Shown: positions 36,835 to 49,031 of the stretch, one piece after another | Numbering within the stretch: the stretch's first letter is position 1 | How the letters are laid out: every line of letters starts with the position of its first letter | From: Guillardia theta CCMP2712 | Taxonomy: Eukaryota > Protista > Cryptophyta | Direction of reading: 5' to 3' | DNA length: 64,000 nucleotides | Assembly (NCBI RefSeq): GCF_000315625.1 | Contig: NW_005434645.1 | Coordinates: 357,925 to 421,924 of the forward strand | Notes under the pieces: model-generated | Told to the model about the DNA's origin: nothing | Database searches by the model: none | The model's input: the letters and a program-made list of their open reading frames with translations, nothing else | Program-made: the position numbers and the translations under genes

Positions 36835-39484
36835 TGATGATGATGAGGAGGTCGAGATTGACTTCAGCTCATCACTAGACACAATCTGACAACTTGGCAG
36901 TCCGCCATTTTGGGGATGCGGCTCAAGGAGCACAGCGAACTTGGAGACATCAAAGTTATACCCAACTGAGGCGACAAGACGAGCCTTCCTTCCCGCTACC
37001 TCGGGGACCGTCAACGTCATGTACTTGATCGCTCTCCCCCTGACCATCCTCCTGCTCCCCTCCTCCCTCTCCGCGAAGAACGTCCCGTTGATCGACCAGC
37101 CCTGGGGGGGGACGTCGACATGCTGGGGAAGAAACCGCGGGAAGGGAGGGGACGGACAGAGGTCGTTGGCTCGACTCACGATCCTTTGGAGTTTCTTCAA
37201 GGGGACGAGAGAGATCTGGAGATTGATAGCGTTGCAGAGCGAGTTGTCCCAATGCTGGACGTTGAGAAATTCGAAGGCAATGACAATCCTGTGCTTCTGA
37301 GCATGAGGGTAGAAGGCGGACCTGACCACGGCCTTCATCGATCCCTTGCCGCCCACTGCTGTCCAGTTGCTCCATGCTGCCGCCTCCCCGATCGTCTCCC
37401 CCACCTGACCTGCTCCTGTCACCGGCGCCGTCCATGGCGTCAACCCGAGCGCGACCCCCACGTTGCCGTTGTGCCTGCTGAGATCGGTCTGGATGTGGAG
37501 GAAGCTTTCCTCACGCACGGAGAAGTCGATGACGTGGCGAGTCTGCTCGACGTTGAGGAAAAAAGAGCCCTGCAGCTGCACTGCTCCCTCCTCCGACGTC
37601 AGCCCCTCCTTGTCCAGCGTGTTGGGCAGCGTCGGGAGGTCACAGGACGGGGCCTCTTCCGCTTCAAACTTCCAGTCCTCCTCCCTCCTGCAGTTCGGAT
37701 ACCCCGAGTACCCAGGGGCGCAGGAACCGCACATGCTCTCGTCCTTAGTCTCGTACCCGACTTCGCACAGACAGTCGATCTTCTTGGAGAAGGAAGGAAG
37801 GCTGCAGGCCCCGTGCCCGCTGCAAGAGTTCTGGTCGCACCTCAGCCCGGCAGGCAGGGCGACGCAGCTCCCGTCGTCGGTCAGCGAGAAACCGGCTGAG
37901 CATTTTTCACAGCTCTCCCCGGTGAAGGGATGGACGCAAGCGCACCTGCTCTCGACGTCGCACTGGCCCCTCCCGTGGCAGGAGCATCGGACAAAGCGGT
38001 ACATGTGAACCCCAGAGTGGGTGCTGACGTCGATGCCCCGTCCATGGTCGACGAACCGATCCTTGCGCAGGCGAAGGAGATACTTCTTCTTCTCTATCGC
38101 CATGCTCGCTTGCCAGGTGACCACCAAGGTTTTCTCGTCACGGAGCTGGAGGGAGGCTGGGGCAAGGACACTACCATCGGTCTTGCCTTCACCTCCTCCT
38201 CCCTCTGCTTCCAACAAGACTGTCCCCGAGCAGAGCGCCGATGCTCCGTTCTTCTCCTCGTGACAAAAGATCGAGTCTCGCTTTTCATCCTGCCCGTTCA
38301 TGCTCTCGAACCACGATCTGATCGAGCCTGAGAACTCCATCACCAGGCGGAACGGCTGCCTGGGATCGAGCGAAAGCGCTCCTGAGGGCTCCACAACATC
38401 CAAGGCGACACCTCTGACGACCCCAGGGGCAACGCTAGAGGCATCACTAGCGGCAGTAGAGGCATCGCCAGCGGCATTAGAGGCAATATTAGGTTTTCCA
38501 CTGCTACCACCCACGGGGTTCAAGTCGAGGCTGAAGGAGAAGGGGATGCACATCCTAGGAGGACGCGCTTTATCTCCTGCTCTCCCCTCCTCCCCTCCCC
38601 TCGCTATCTCGCGGGAGATCCTGCTGTAAACCTTCTTCATGGCCTCGTCCTTCACGATCATGTAGTACTCCCCGGGCTCCACAACATAGGAAAGCTTCGA
38701 GCACCTCGTGTACTGTGCATCCTTGTCCTCGACCTCCGACGCGTTGCTGCGCGCCAGGATGTTCCCTCTGCTCGATGTGAGGATCAGTTGCAAGTCGCTG
38801 TAGATCCAGTCGAACGCGATGACGGCCGACAGCGACGAGCTTGTTCTCGCCTGCACCCGGATGATGTGCTGGAAGTCTTCTTCCTGGAAGCTCAAGGGGT
38901 CCACGTGGAGCTTCCCCGATGTGAAGTGGAGTACGTTGTCTGCAAGGACGGGGCTGAGCTTGGAAGGAGGCAACTTGGAGCCCTGGCTACCGTCGCACGA
39001 GACCTCCTCCCCGATGGACAGGATGGGACGGAGCTGAAAGAGGAACTCGAAGCTGCTGCACTTGGCGATGTCACGGGACTTGTAGATGAAGTTGATCCTC
39101 AGCTCGTGATCCTGCCCATCCTCCAGCTGGGAGAGGACGGGGAAGTAGACAACACCCTCCTGCCTCCCCTGGATCCCCTTGACCTCTTTCGCGCCGCCCT
39201 CTGTGACGATCACGATCGAGATTTCCATCTCGACGCTCTTGTCAGCAGGGAGACACTCGACCTTGGCAAGACTCTTGCTCTTGACGACAAACCTCGCTCG
39301 AAGCCCAGCACGCTCTCCATGCGAGGCTGCCGGCAGTCGGAACGCCAATCCGTGCAGGTCGATACTACCGTCCGAGTCAACAGCACCAAACCTGTCGATG
39401 CCCTTGAAAGAGGAGCTGAATTCTGATGGGAATGTATCGAAGCTGGGACAGGAGGATGTGGCTTGATTATTATTGGGCTTCACT

Positions 39485-39533
<49 letters not shown>

Positions 39534-39726
39534 CACCTTCAGATTCCCCATCTTCCCCCTTGCTCTCTTGGTTCCGATGGTATTCCTTGAGGTGTCTCAC
39601 AGCGGGAGTGGTTGCACCTCTCGGTTCACGGGTGTGGACTGATGATTCCGAAGATACCAGACAGATGCAGCTCAGAACAAGAACAAGGCCGGCTAGTCTA
39701 CAGCAAACTAAGGATCGGCTCGGCAT
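29661..39726 (-). CDS. Very large (about 3000 aa) type I membrane/surface protein with EGF/laminin-EGF-like domains and repeated beta-rich modules
   Basis: Signal peptide MPSRSLVCCRLAGLVLVLSCICLVSS; EGF-like CSCHGRGQC...CACVHPFTGESCEKCSAGF, CSGHGAC...CLCEVGY...CGSCAPGYSGYPNC and CECHGGFAGWNCSVC; C-terminal transmembrane segment VFSVLAIIMISFVLVLIVLMY with basic tail RYRKRRQSKK. The long exons are all collinear on the minus strand. Confidence 0.75.
36725..36850. repeat. Coding (GAGGAT)/(GAGGAC) repeat giving poly-Ser
   Basis: Hexamer runs within ORF 36256-39765. Confidence 0.85.
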
Positions 39727-40407
39727 GGCAGTTGTACTTGAAGAAAGATCAATGGTGTTGTGCACTGAAGCTCATGAGACAAGAAGAGTTTGCTGTATCG
39801 ATGTCGTAGATTCTAGAACTTGTGCTGCTGCACTTTGATCAGCAGGAAACACACTTCCTCCTCCTCCTGTCGCCTCCTCGCTGCCCTCCCATTGCCCCGA
39901 CAGAAGTGGTGACGCGAGTCCGATTTCCCGAGAATATTGGGGTCGGGGTGGTAATAAAAATTGAAAAGTACCGGTCATTAAATCTGAAATTAAATACGAA
40001 AATATAGGGTGGATCAAAATGGTTGGGGGTGAGGGTACCCTATGCAGGGGGTCTCAACTACGAGTACAAAATTAGTCAACATGGTTATATAAGAGAGGGA
40101 GGAGGTAGGGGAGAGAGAGAGAAGGTGGAGGAAGGGAGGACGAGGATGAAGAGTAAGAGCATGATATGCTACGAAACGATGACTGGGATGCCTGAGTAGG
40201 ACGAATCGGCGAATACATGACCTGATCTCAACGTTTTCCCTGCTTTTATCCAGTCATTACACACCACAAATCCTACTCCCCTTGCACTCCTCTCCCGGCT
40301 ATTGTACAATATCACTTCAGAATTCTACCAAGTTCAGTTGCTGAGACAAGGACGTTAGCCTCTTGATCTGGAGCTGGAGCAAGCGGAGTTTCTCTGCACA
40401 TCAAGTG

Positions 40408-42334
40408 TTACAGGGGGGTAGCGGGACTTGGCAAACGCTCACTGATCTGTCTGTCCTTCGGGTTCTCTATCAAGCTCATGATGGTGTCGTACGCATAACT
40501 TCTGTGCCTCTCAGCTTCCGCTACGTTGCTGGAGAACTTCATGTCCAGGACCTCGTGCCCGAGATCGATAAGGAGGTTGTCGCCATCCTCGTCCTGTGCC
40601 AGCAAGCGTAAGGGAGCGGGAGCATTGAGGGTAAGAGCTCACAAACTGATCTCTCAGCTCCATCGGTGTCATCTGTGTGAAAACTCTGATCGCCGTGCCA
40701 TCAGAGGCATGATAGGACGCCCTGCTCGGGTTGATATCGTTTGGCACACTCCAATCCTGTCAGCTCACCATCATGGAAGCGGAATCCTTGGGATAATCCA
40801 GTTGCTCACCTTAGACGATCTGTTCGAGACGAAATCAATGACCACCGTTGAGCTGTGATCACCTTGCTCCAGCTCCACGGCCAGAGACTGGGCCCCGGCT
40901 TCCATGCAAGAGAGGAGGACGACGTGAATGGTGGACAGAACTTCAGGGATCTTGCTCTCCGCTGGCACTTCGAAGTGGATCTTTGCTGTCTCGTGCTCCT
41001 CGTCGATGTCCGTCAAGAAGGAGAAGTCTACCTGGTCCTTGTCCTTGAGCAGCCTCCCAGCCTCGCGATTCAGTTCCATTACAAACTCCCTCTCCTCCTC
41101 TTGGGTGGGGATGGCCCCAATGGCCTTGAGCATAAGCTGCAACACCTTGCTCCCCTCGCTCGATCTCACGTACGAGAATGACCATCGCGCGTCCAAGTCC
41201 TCCAGTGAGATCGACTGGCCTGGGATGTTCTCGTTGGAAGCAACTCTGACTGCACACCTGGGATCTACGACAGAAAGCTTCATAGAGGCCTGTACTGGCG
41301 ACACTGCTAGTACCGCAGATTTGTCCCTGTCAAGCAGCTCGATGGACAGCAAGGTTGCTCCAGCTTCCATGCAGGATTCGAGTACAAGTCGGATCGTTGC
41401 CAACACACGGGGAACCTCGTCGTTCTCCTTCAGCTCAAATCGCATCTTGGCCGTGCTCGTCTCCTTGTCGATATCCACGAGGTATGAGAACTGCAGGGCC
41501 TGAGACGCCACGTCCTCGCTGAGCGAGGCCTTGACAACCTCGTTCACTTCGTCCTCGAGGTCTGGGGAGACAGCTGCTGCATCTAGAGCCTGAATGAGCA
41601 GCCGGAGTCTATGGGAGACTCGCTCGGGGTCACCCACAAACGACAGAACCTCTTCCTCAATGAACTTGAGATCATCTTCGGGATACAAGTTCAGATGAGC
41701 GACAAGCACGCTCTTCTTCTGTTCTGCCGCCAGGCTTCTGACACCTGCACGGCTGCTCCCTTGAAGAACTTCGATCTGTGCTGCTTGCTTCGGTCTGGCA
41801 GGGTCGATCAACCAGATGTTGAGGGGAGTGTCGGAATCCGCTGCCGCTGTCATGATGGACTTGATAACTCCCACAGTCCACCAGACCTCATGCTCCTCAC
41901 TGTCGAGGACGCGAACTGTGAACTGGTCTGTAGCTGTCTCATGGCTTGAATTTTGAATGCAGAACTTTGCTGCATCCATGATTTCCTGTTTATGATCTTC
42001 ACTGCTCGGCTGCCAGGAAAGATTGTTAGTCTTTCAACCTTGGGGTAAGATCCTGTCTTGCCTGCTTTGCTATTCTGTCCACCTGCGCCAGCACACTGTT
42101 CATCTCTCTGGCTAGTTCAGGACTTGCTGGCAAAGAACCCACGCACTGGAGGGCCAACCTTATCCTGTGGTTGCCCGCACCTGGTTGCTCCTTCATCAGT
42201 TCCATGGCAGACATGAGGTCCTGTCTTGATGAGGCCCAATATTCGAGCCTTGATCTGCTTAAGTATCTTCTCTGCAAACAAGAAGCCATCGTCAGGTTGT
42301 AGATGTGTAGGGTAAGAGTGCAGTACCTCATCTC
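40408..42334 (-). CDS. Hypothetical protein with three internal ~165-aa repeats
   Basis: Exon RRYLSRSRLEYW...IAKQ splices through a GC-AG intron at 42010-42061 in frame into ORF 40771-41979, then into short exons at 40511-40747 and 40408-40605. Internal repeats are clear. Confidence 0.7.
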
Positions 42335-42862
42335 AGTCACTAGCCATGGTTTCGCAACTCCGTCTCCTTCCTCCGTCTCCTCATGGAGGATTGTCTTCCT
42401 TGAAGAGGAGCTAGTTGAGTCCTCCTCCTACTACTCCTGCTCCTCCTGCTCCCTTCAAACCGTTGGATCGCATCGGCCCCGGTCCCTACTACCCACCACC
42501 CCTTCCATGACGACCACCCCTATTTCCCCCCTTCCACCTACAGACTCCGAGGCAATACAAGGATTTAGCGCACTCGAGAACAAAGATCTCCTCTCATTCA
42601 TTATTAGGAAGTTCTTTGCTGTTTCTGGCGTGCGACCGAGCGAGAAAGGTTGATCGTCGATAGATCAATGTTGGGATGGAATACGACTATCTTAGACGAT
42701 GTGGGATGAACACTGATTTCAAATGCTTCATGTACACATCAACAGAGGGTCTGAATAAGTTCGGAAATCGGTACATCGTGGATGATATCACAAGGATAAC
42801 CAACGATACCATCCATCCCGCCATACGGAGTCCCGAAGCTTTCAGACACCATTGGGAGATCC

Positions 42863-43434
42863 CTACAGCACGTCCTCGTCGAATCCAAGATCCATGTATC
42901 GATTTAGCCAATCTTGATCGATGTGTAGCACCACATCTCCCATGTTCTCCCCGTAGTTCCGAGGTGTCGGAGGTGAGGCGAAGAAATCTTCGATCGAGCT
43001 GACGGCATGACCAATGCTAGACGGCTCTTGCATCAATGCTTGACAGCTGGTCTCGTGTAAAGAAGTAGAACTGACTGATGTGTTGGGTTGCACGAGTTGC
43101 GTAGTTGCCTCTTTGCTACGAACCTTCTTCCTCTTGTAAGGCCATCGCCCAAGCCCTAGTGCCTTGCAGGCGTTCTTGAAAGCTGACAGCGAGATGCCCT
43201 GCGAGGAAGGCGCGTCAAACACCTCAGCAGTCAATGCAGGAGACGACTTACCAGTTGACGAGCTGCTTCTGGTTGAGGCAAGTGAGTCAAGGACTGTAAG
43301 ACGTCGGCGGTGATTCTACAGAAGGAGATACGATGACCGGTGCATGACGCGAGGGGAGGCTTTCGAGGATAAACGATTCTGATCGCCTGATCGCTGCTGC
43401 TTGCCGTGGGAGTAGGGCGAGAGCGAGAAGTCAT
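42863..43434 (-). CDS. RWP-RK domain transcription factor (2 exons; intron 43199-43251)
   Basis: IVYPRKP...ITADVLQSLTHLPQPEAARQL-GISLSAFKNACKALGLGRWPYKRK. Confidence 0.9.
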
Positions 43435-44021
43435 CTACCCAGCTGTCAGCTTAGCGAAGATGATTCAGGATGAACTTTCTGCGCGGAGGGAGTCGTTTCC
43501 AGTCGCTAGGGATGCCCAGAAATACGAACCTTTCGCTTCCGCCCTCTTGTTGCGCCTGCGAACTTGTTAGGTTGTAAAGTTCTATTTTCGTCTGTCGCCT
43601 GATTTGGTTACTTGTGCCGTAAGGTTGATTCTCAGTGCCAGTGTGACTCGGAACGCCGGCCGGTGATCCGATCCGGGCCTGCACCGGTCTGATCGGAATA
43701 GTTTCGGCGAAACGCGGCTGCGCTGTACATTTCCCGAAGACTGGGTGTGTTCAATAAAGTTGGCGTAAACTTCGAAATCCTGTAACAACGGTGGCCACTC
43801 TTCGAAAAAGATCATTTTCACAGCGAGGGCTCAGGATGATGGATCTAGGTTACACAGTCCGTTGTGATACTCCAAGAGTACCCCTTATCCACCAGTTGCG
43901 TCCCCCACTCGAGTTGTCAGACTCCTAAACCGACGGTTCCCATTAGCGTTTACAGGTGTGGGTAAGACTTCTTGAAGGCAGTGGGGGGGAGGAAGCGGGA
44001 GGGGAGGATTTTCATGTGACG

Positions 44022-44108
44022 TGGGGTGGGGTGGATCATTTTCTGTTGCTATAAAGTAACATGATGGGGTGGGGTGGATCATTTTCTGTTGCTATAAAGT
44101 AACATGAT
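44022..44108. repeat. 43-bp perfect direct repeat (2 copies) containing GGGGTGGGGTGGATCA and TATAAA
   Basis: tggggtggggtggatcattttctgttgctataaagtaacatga at 44022 and 44065. Confidence 0.95.
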
Positions 44109-44531
44109 AAAAGATAGTTCAAATTTACCCAAATCTGCCTGTTTTCACCTTCATGCATGACAATCGGATATCGAATCGAGACATTTCAGTGAAATCTCCC
44201 AGTATCTCTGGCAATACGAGTCGCAGGCACATGTGACCGGATTCGAAACGACTCTAAAACAAAACGCTTCGCATCGTCGGAATGAGTCGCCGCGGCCTCC
44301 GCGCCCCCCGCCCCCTTTGATTCCCCCCTGACCTTCTCCCCCCCATTTTCACCACAGATGGTCTACTTCCCTGACAAGCACGCAACCTCTGCCTACGTAT
44401 CCATGCACATTCCTGACCTCGAGTTTCCCCCCTCTCCACTCTCTTGCTCCTCCTCCTTCTCCTCCTCCTGCTCCTCCTGCTCCTGCTCCTCCCTGTCTGC
44501 TCCCTCCTCGTTGGGTTCTCCTCCATCCCAC

Positions 44532-44929
44532 ATGTCGCATCATCAGACCATAAGGATCGTCTATCCTCGCAAACCCTCCTCCAATGGCTGCAATCAAACC
44601 CTACCCTTCCGCCGCATCACAGCAGAGCTCATTCAATCCCTCACACACCTCAGTCAAGGGGAAGCAGCTCGCCACCTGGTAGGGCACTACCTCTGCTGTA
44701 CCTTCTGCGCCTACTAACTTTCTCTTCTCTACAGGGGATTTCGATCTCAGCCCTCAAGAACGCCTGCAAGGCACTTGGAGTCGGCCGATGGCCGTACACC
44801 AGGAGGAAGACGCGGAGCAGGCAAGCGGCGAGTCCAGTCATGGATGAGGTCATGGACTGTGCTTGCGATATAGATCCGGAATGGCTCCGACGATACATGG
44901 ACCTGGGGATGGACGAGGACGTGATCTAG
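44532..44929 (+). CDS. RWP-RK domain transcription factor (2 exons; intron 44679-44734)
   Basis: IVYPRKP...ITAELIQSLTHLSQGEAARHL-GISISALKNACKALGVGRWPYTRRK. Confidence 0.9.
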
Positions 44930-45143
44930 AGAAGCACAGAAGTAGCTGTTTCTGAACGCGCATTCATCTGTAGAGTAGCATATCCGTGTTTTCTTGCACA
45001 CATTATGAGTAGAATGGTACCAGGCAGGCTGATGCAATATTGGTCATCAGCAGATTTCCGCTGGTCAAGTCCACCAAGTCTCTTGATTTTAAGAGATTCT
45101 GTTGTATCATGTTCTACAGGTTTTAATGAAGCAAGCTTGCAAG

Positions 45144-48100
45144 CTAGTCCTCCTTTTCGTCTTTCTCAATATTCTCTCCCTCGGCATTCTCATCCTCGTC
45201 GTCCCGCTTGTTCTCGTCGATGCCTTTCTGCTCCTCCAGCTCCATGTGCGAGTCATCCTGAACATCTTCCGCCTCCTCGTTGTCGCACTGTTCCCCTTGA
45301 GCCTGCTTGGCAGCAGCGCAAGGGTCATTGTGCGCCCCTCTGTCATCCAAAGTGTCTCTCGAGTCAACCGGAAGCTCAGGTCGGTCAGCTGTGTCTGCCT
45401 CCTCTTGCCCCTCCTCCGCCATGCTCACGTCGTTGGACTCCTCGACGTGGTTTGTCTCCTGGTTCGACAGCGTATCGTTGATCGACGACAAGGTGGACTT
45501 AGCATCATCCAGGCTCGAAGTCTGCGAGTCTCCAAGCAGGAACTTGGAGCTGACGCTGTTGGTCTCCATGTGATGCTGCGCCCTGGCGTGATGCGGCTTT
45601 GCCCTCTCGATGATGATCGGCACCACGTCAGCGGGAAGGTCAGTGTAGGCATCGAGGCCCTCGAACCCCCGATGGATGACAGCCTCCGCCTTGTCATTCT
45701 TCAGTTTTCGCTCGAAGACTTCGTGATTGTCTCTCGTCCCCTCGTAGGTGCTTGTTTGATTGTTGTTGACAGGCCCCTTAGGGATCTTCTCCAGCTTGCT
45801 CTTGAGGTTGTACGTGCGCTTGTACTTCACCTCTAGCTTCTTGTACGCATCCTTGAACGACTTGGACGTTTTCTGCAGGTAGTAGTACTTGATACAGTCC
45901 CGCGTCGTCTTGTTCGGCAGGTAGTGCGAAAGCTTGTAAAAGTTCTTCTTTAGCCCCTCCCTGTCTGGCCGACCGGCGAAGTCGGCGAGCTTCTCCAAGA
46001 AGATTTGCTTCTCTTCGTCTGTCCATGTATTGATGAAAGCTCGATTGTACTCCTCCGAGAAAGAGTCAACAGACATGAGATTCGTGCTGTGAGATGTGAG
46101 GGGGAGGAGGAGGAGAAGGAGGAGGAGGAGGAGGAGGAGGAAGCTTCAGCGAACATTGAAATCTTCAAAGGGCAAGAAACCTTTTGAAGACGTAGGCCTG
46201 CCGTTCTTCGGGGGTAACGAGCATGGGGGGGATGATAGCAAGGCCCTTCTGCCTCTTCTGCTCCTGCTCCATTGCTCCCAAGAGCTCCTGGAACTCCGCC
46301 TCACTCCTCACCTGCTCTCACGAGTGACTTAGACATATCTCGACTTCTCCCGATCCTTCTACCGTGTCTCGCGATCTTGTCTTGCGCTGGGGCATCTCCT
46401 CTTCCTCCTGCTCCGCGGGGTACATGATCGCGTGCAGCTCTTTGCTCTGCTTCTTCACCTGCCGCGCCAATCACAGATCATCGCTAGCAGGCGCAAGTTA
46501 CCTTGGGTAGATGATTCCGCTTCAGCCAATCCTTCTGGTAGATCCTGTATCTCACTGCAAGCTCCAGCTCGATCCGTTTCTTCGTTCGGAGCTGCATAGC
46601 GACGTCACCCTGACTTGGAGGGTCCGAGCTGACATGATCGACTCGCCTGACTTCGGATGAATCGTTCGATGTACGGCTTCACGACTTTGTGCCTGTTGAC
46701 GATGATGTGAGCGGAGAGGGAGCAGTAGGAGGTTCAGAGTGCAGAGGAGATAGTGTCAACGCAGTCATCACCTTTCAAGTGTGTGGGCGAAGCCCGGTGC
46801 GTCTTGAACTCTTCTGTATATCGGCTGCACTCGGAGTATGAGGGTCGGCAAAATCAAAGATGCAAGACAACATTTGTCGAGATTTCAGGATCGTAGTTGA
46901 CGTACAAAGACGTCGCAACTTCTTCTTTCATCTTGTCTGCCTCCACTCGATTCACCTGATAAAAAGTTTGATCAACTTCCTTTCGTACCCCAACCCGGAC
47001 AGGCAGTGACCTGATAGATCCTTGCCACATGAGCGTCTAGTTTTTGTTCTTTCGCGTAGATTTGAGTTTCACCCGTGATTGACTCAGCCTGCGGAGAACA
47101 ACATAAGATCAAAACAAGAGCCGTCGGCCAGGGAACAACGACGATTCAACACCTGTAGCGATTCTATCTCCGTCTCAGCCTTTGCAATCTCGTCGTCGAT
47201 GACTTGTATCTGAGAAGGGAGCGAGATATCAGCCCTCACCCTGGTGTTTCTGAGACCTTACCTTCCCGAGAATCTCGTCTTTGCTCAGAGTCAAGAATGG
47301 GCCCTGTGCTTGCTCTTCCAAGTCGTTGGGCTCTGACACCTCCGTGCTCTCGTTCTCGGGCAAGACTTGATGTGAATCGGACTCGTCTTCGGCTGGAGCC
47401 TTCGACGGCTCCTCCTGAGAGACAGAGATCAGCACCATCGCAGCGACTTCAGACTTCAAAGTCTCACAGCCAGAGGCACGACTGGGCAGCTTTCATCCTC
47501 TTGGCCCTCCATATCATCCGAGTCGGAGAGCGCCTCGAGCTTCAGGCCAGGGATAAGACTCTCAGTCTTGACAGGCTGTTTCAGAGGAGAAGCCTGCTCA
47601 ACAGGCTTCTCCTCCGATCCCTCTGGGGCCTTGACCGAGTTCCTCTCGCAATCTTGCCCGTCGTCATGGCAGCAGTTGGAAGCCAATTGCTGGACATCCC
47701 CCGCGTCCTTATGCTCCTCTACATGCTCTTGTTCTTCTTTGGCGTGATCTTCAGCCTTGACGTTCACATCGCCGCCATCATCTCTTTGAGCGTCCAGGTC
47801 ATTGTTCCTCGTCTCATCCTTCCCAACCTTGCGATCGTTGACCTCTGCCAATTCTCCAGTCATAAAAACATGGCAGGCATGCCGTCGTCAAGAAACCTTG
47901 TTCTGCCTTGGGAGGTTGTCTCCTCCGCTCATTGCCATGAGAGGGAGGGTCTGAAGGAGCAACAGCAACATCAATGCATGTCATCATTCCTTTCTCAGCA
48001 CTTACCATTGAACTCCGTCTTCTTCTCCGTCGCTCTCTGCCACAACAAGTCAGGGAGACGATCAAAAAAATTTTGATGCCCACCAGTCCGAATCCGAATT

Positions 48101-48266
48101 TCAGTCGAGGCTTTTTAATGGCAGGCGAGGCTTCGGGGTGCTCGCTGTGCCAAAACAAGCAGGCAAGGCAAGGTAATATGTCAGCCGTAATGCTATCATG
48201 AGAGCTTCAAACTCACTCCGCATGGCTGCCAGGCCCTTCAGCTCCGGCGCCTGCAGCCTCGTCCAT
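45144..48266 (-). CDS. NCoR/Snt1/POWERDRESS-like SANT-domain corepressor, multi-exon
   Basis: SANT domain NTWTDEEKQIFLEKLADF...KNFYKLSHYLPNKTTRDCIKYYYLQK; upstream KKPRLKFGFGL, coiled coil IQVIDDEIAKAETEIE and ELAVRYRIYQKDW fit NCoR/Snt1 family architecture. Confidence 0.75.
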
Positions 48267-49031
48267 GAAGGTCTTGGCAGCAGCTAGAAACGATGGAAGA
48301 ATTAGACCTCGATCTCTCAGCACGGTCGTTCTAGGTCGTTCCTTCCTGATCTCATCCCACATGGATCCTACCATCTTCGTTTTCCTTCAGCACTTTCCTC
48401 ATCGACCGCTCTTCCTCACCGTGTCTCTCACCATCACAAAGTACCAAGTACAAAGATGAACTACTTGTTCCTGCGTTCGGGCTTCTGGAGCTTCTAATTT
48501 CCTCCCTCGCACGAATTCTATCGCATCGCTACATGTCTTTCCCTCCCCTCTTCCTCGATCTCCCGCGTCTCCACCATCACCTTCCCTCACATCCACTACC
48601 GCCATGTTTCTATTTCCGCATCTCTCATCCTGCATGGATCTCCTTCCTTCCTCTCCCTCCTCCTCCCTGTCCTCCCCTCTTCCTCCCTCCGCGCGAGTGC
48701 AATGCAGTTCCAGTGGAAACGATAACGTAACGGCCATAACGTTTCAACGGTCAGCCCCGGGGTGACTCATGATGGACGCACTGCTCAGTGTGCGGCGCCG
48801 CCCGGCGGCCGGCCCGGCCCGGGGCCGCGGGCCCGCCGCGGGCCGTCACAAGCCTTCGTTGCCGCACTGCCGGCCGTGCCAGTACGAACTGACTCAGGCT
48901 CGGTCCCGGCGGTGCCCGCCAAAACAATTGAACCGTTGAAGTCTGATTACAAACTGACTCACGGTTTACGGTAGTACGACCGCCGGGCGGGGCGGCCGTT
49001 AAATCGTCTCGGAGCCTCGGAGGGCCGACAG

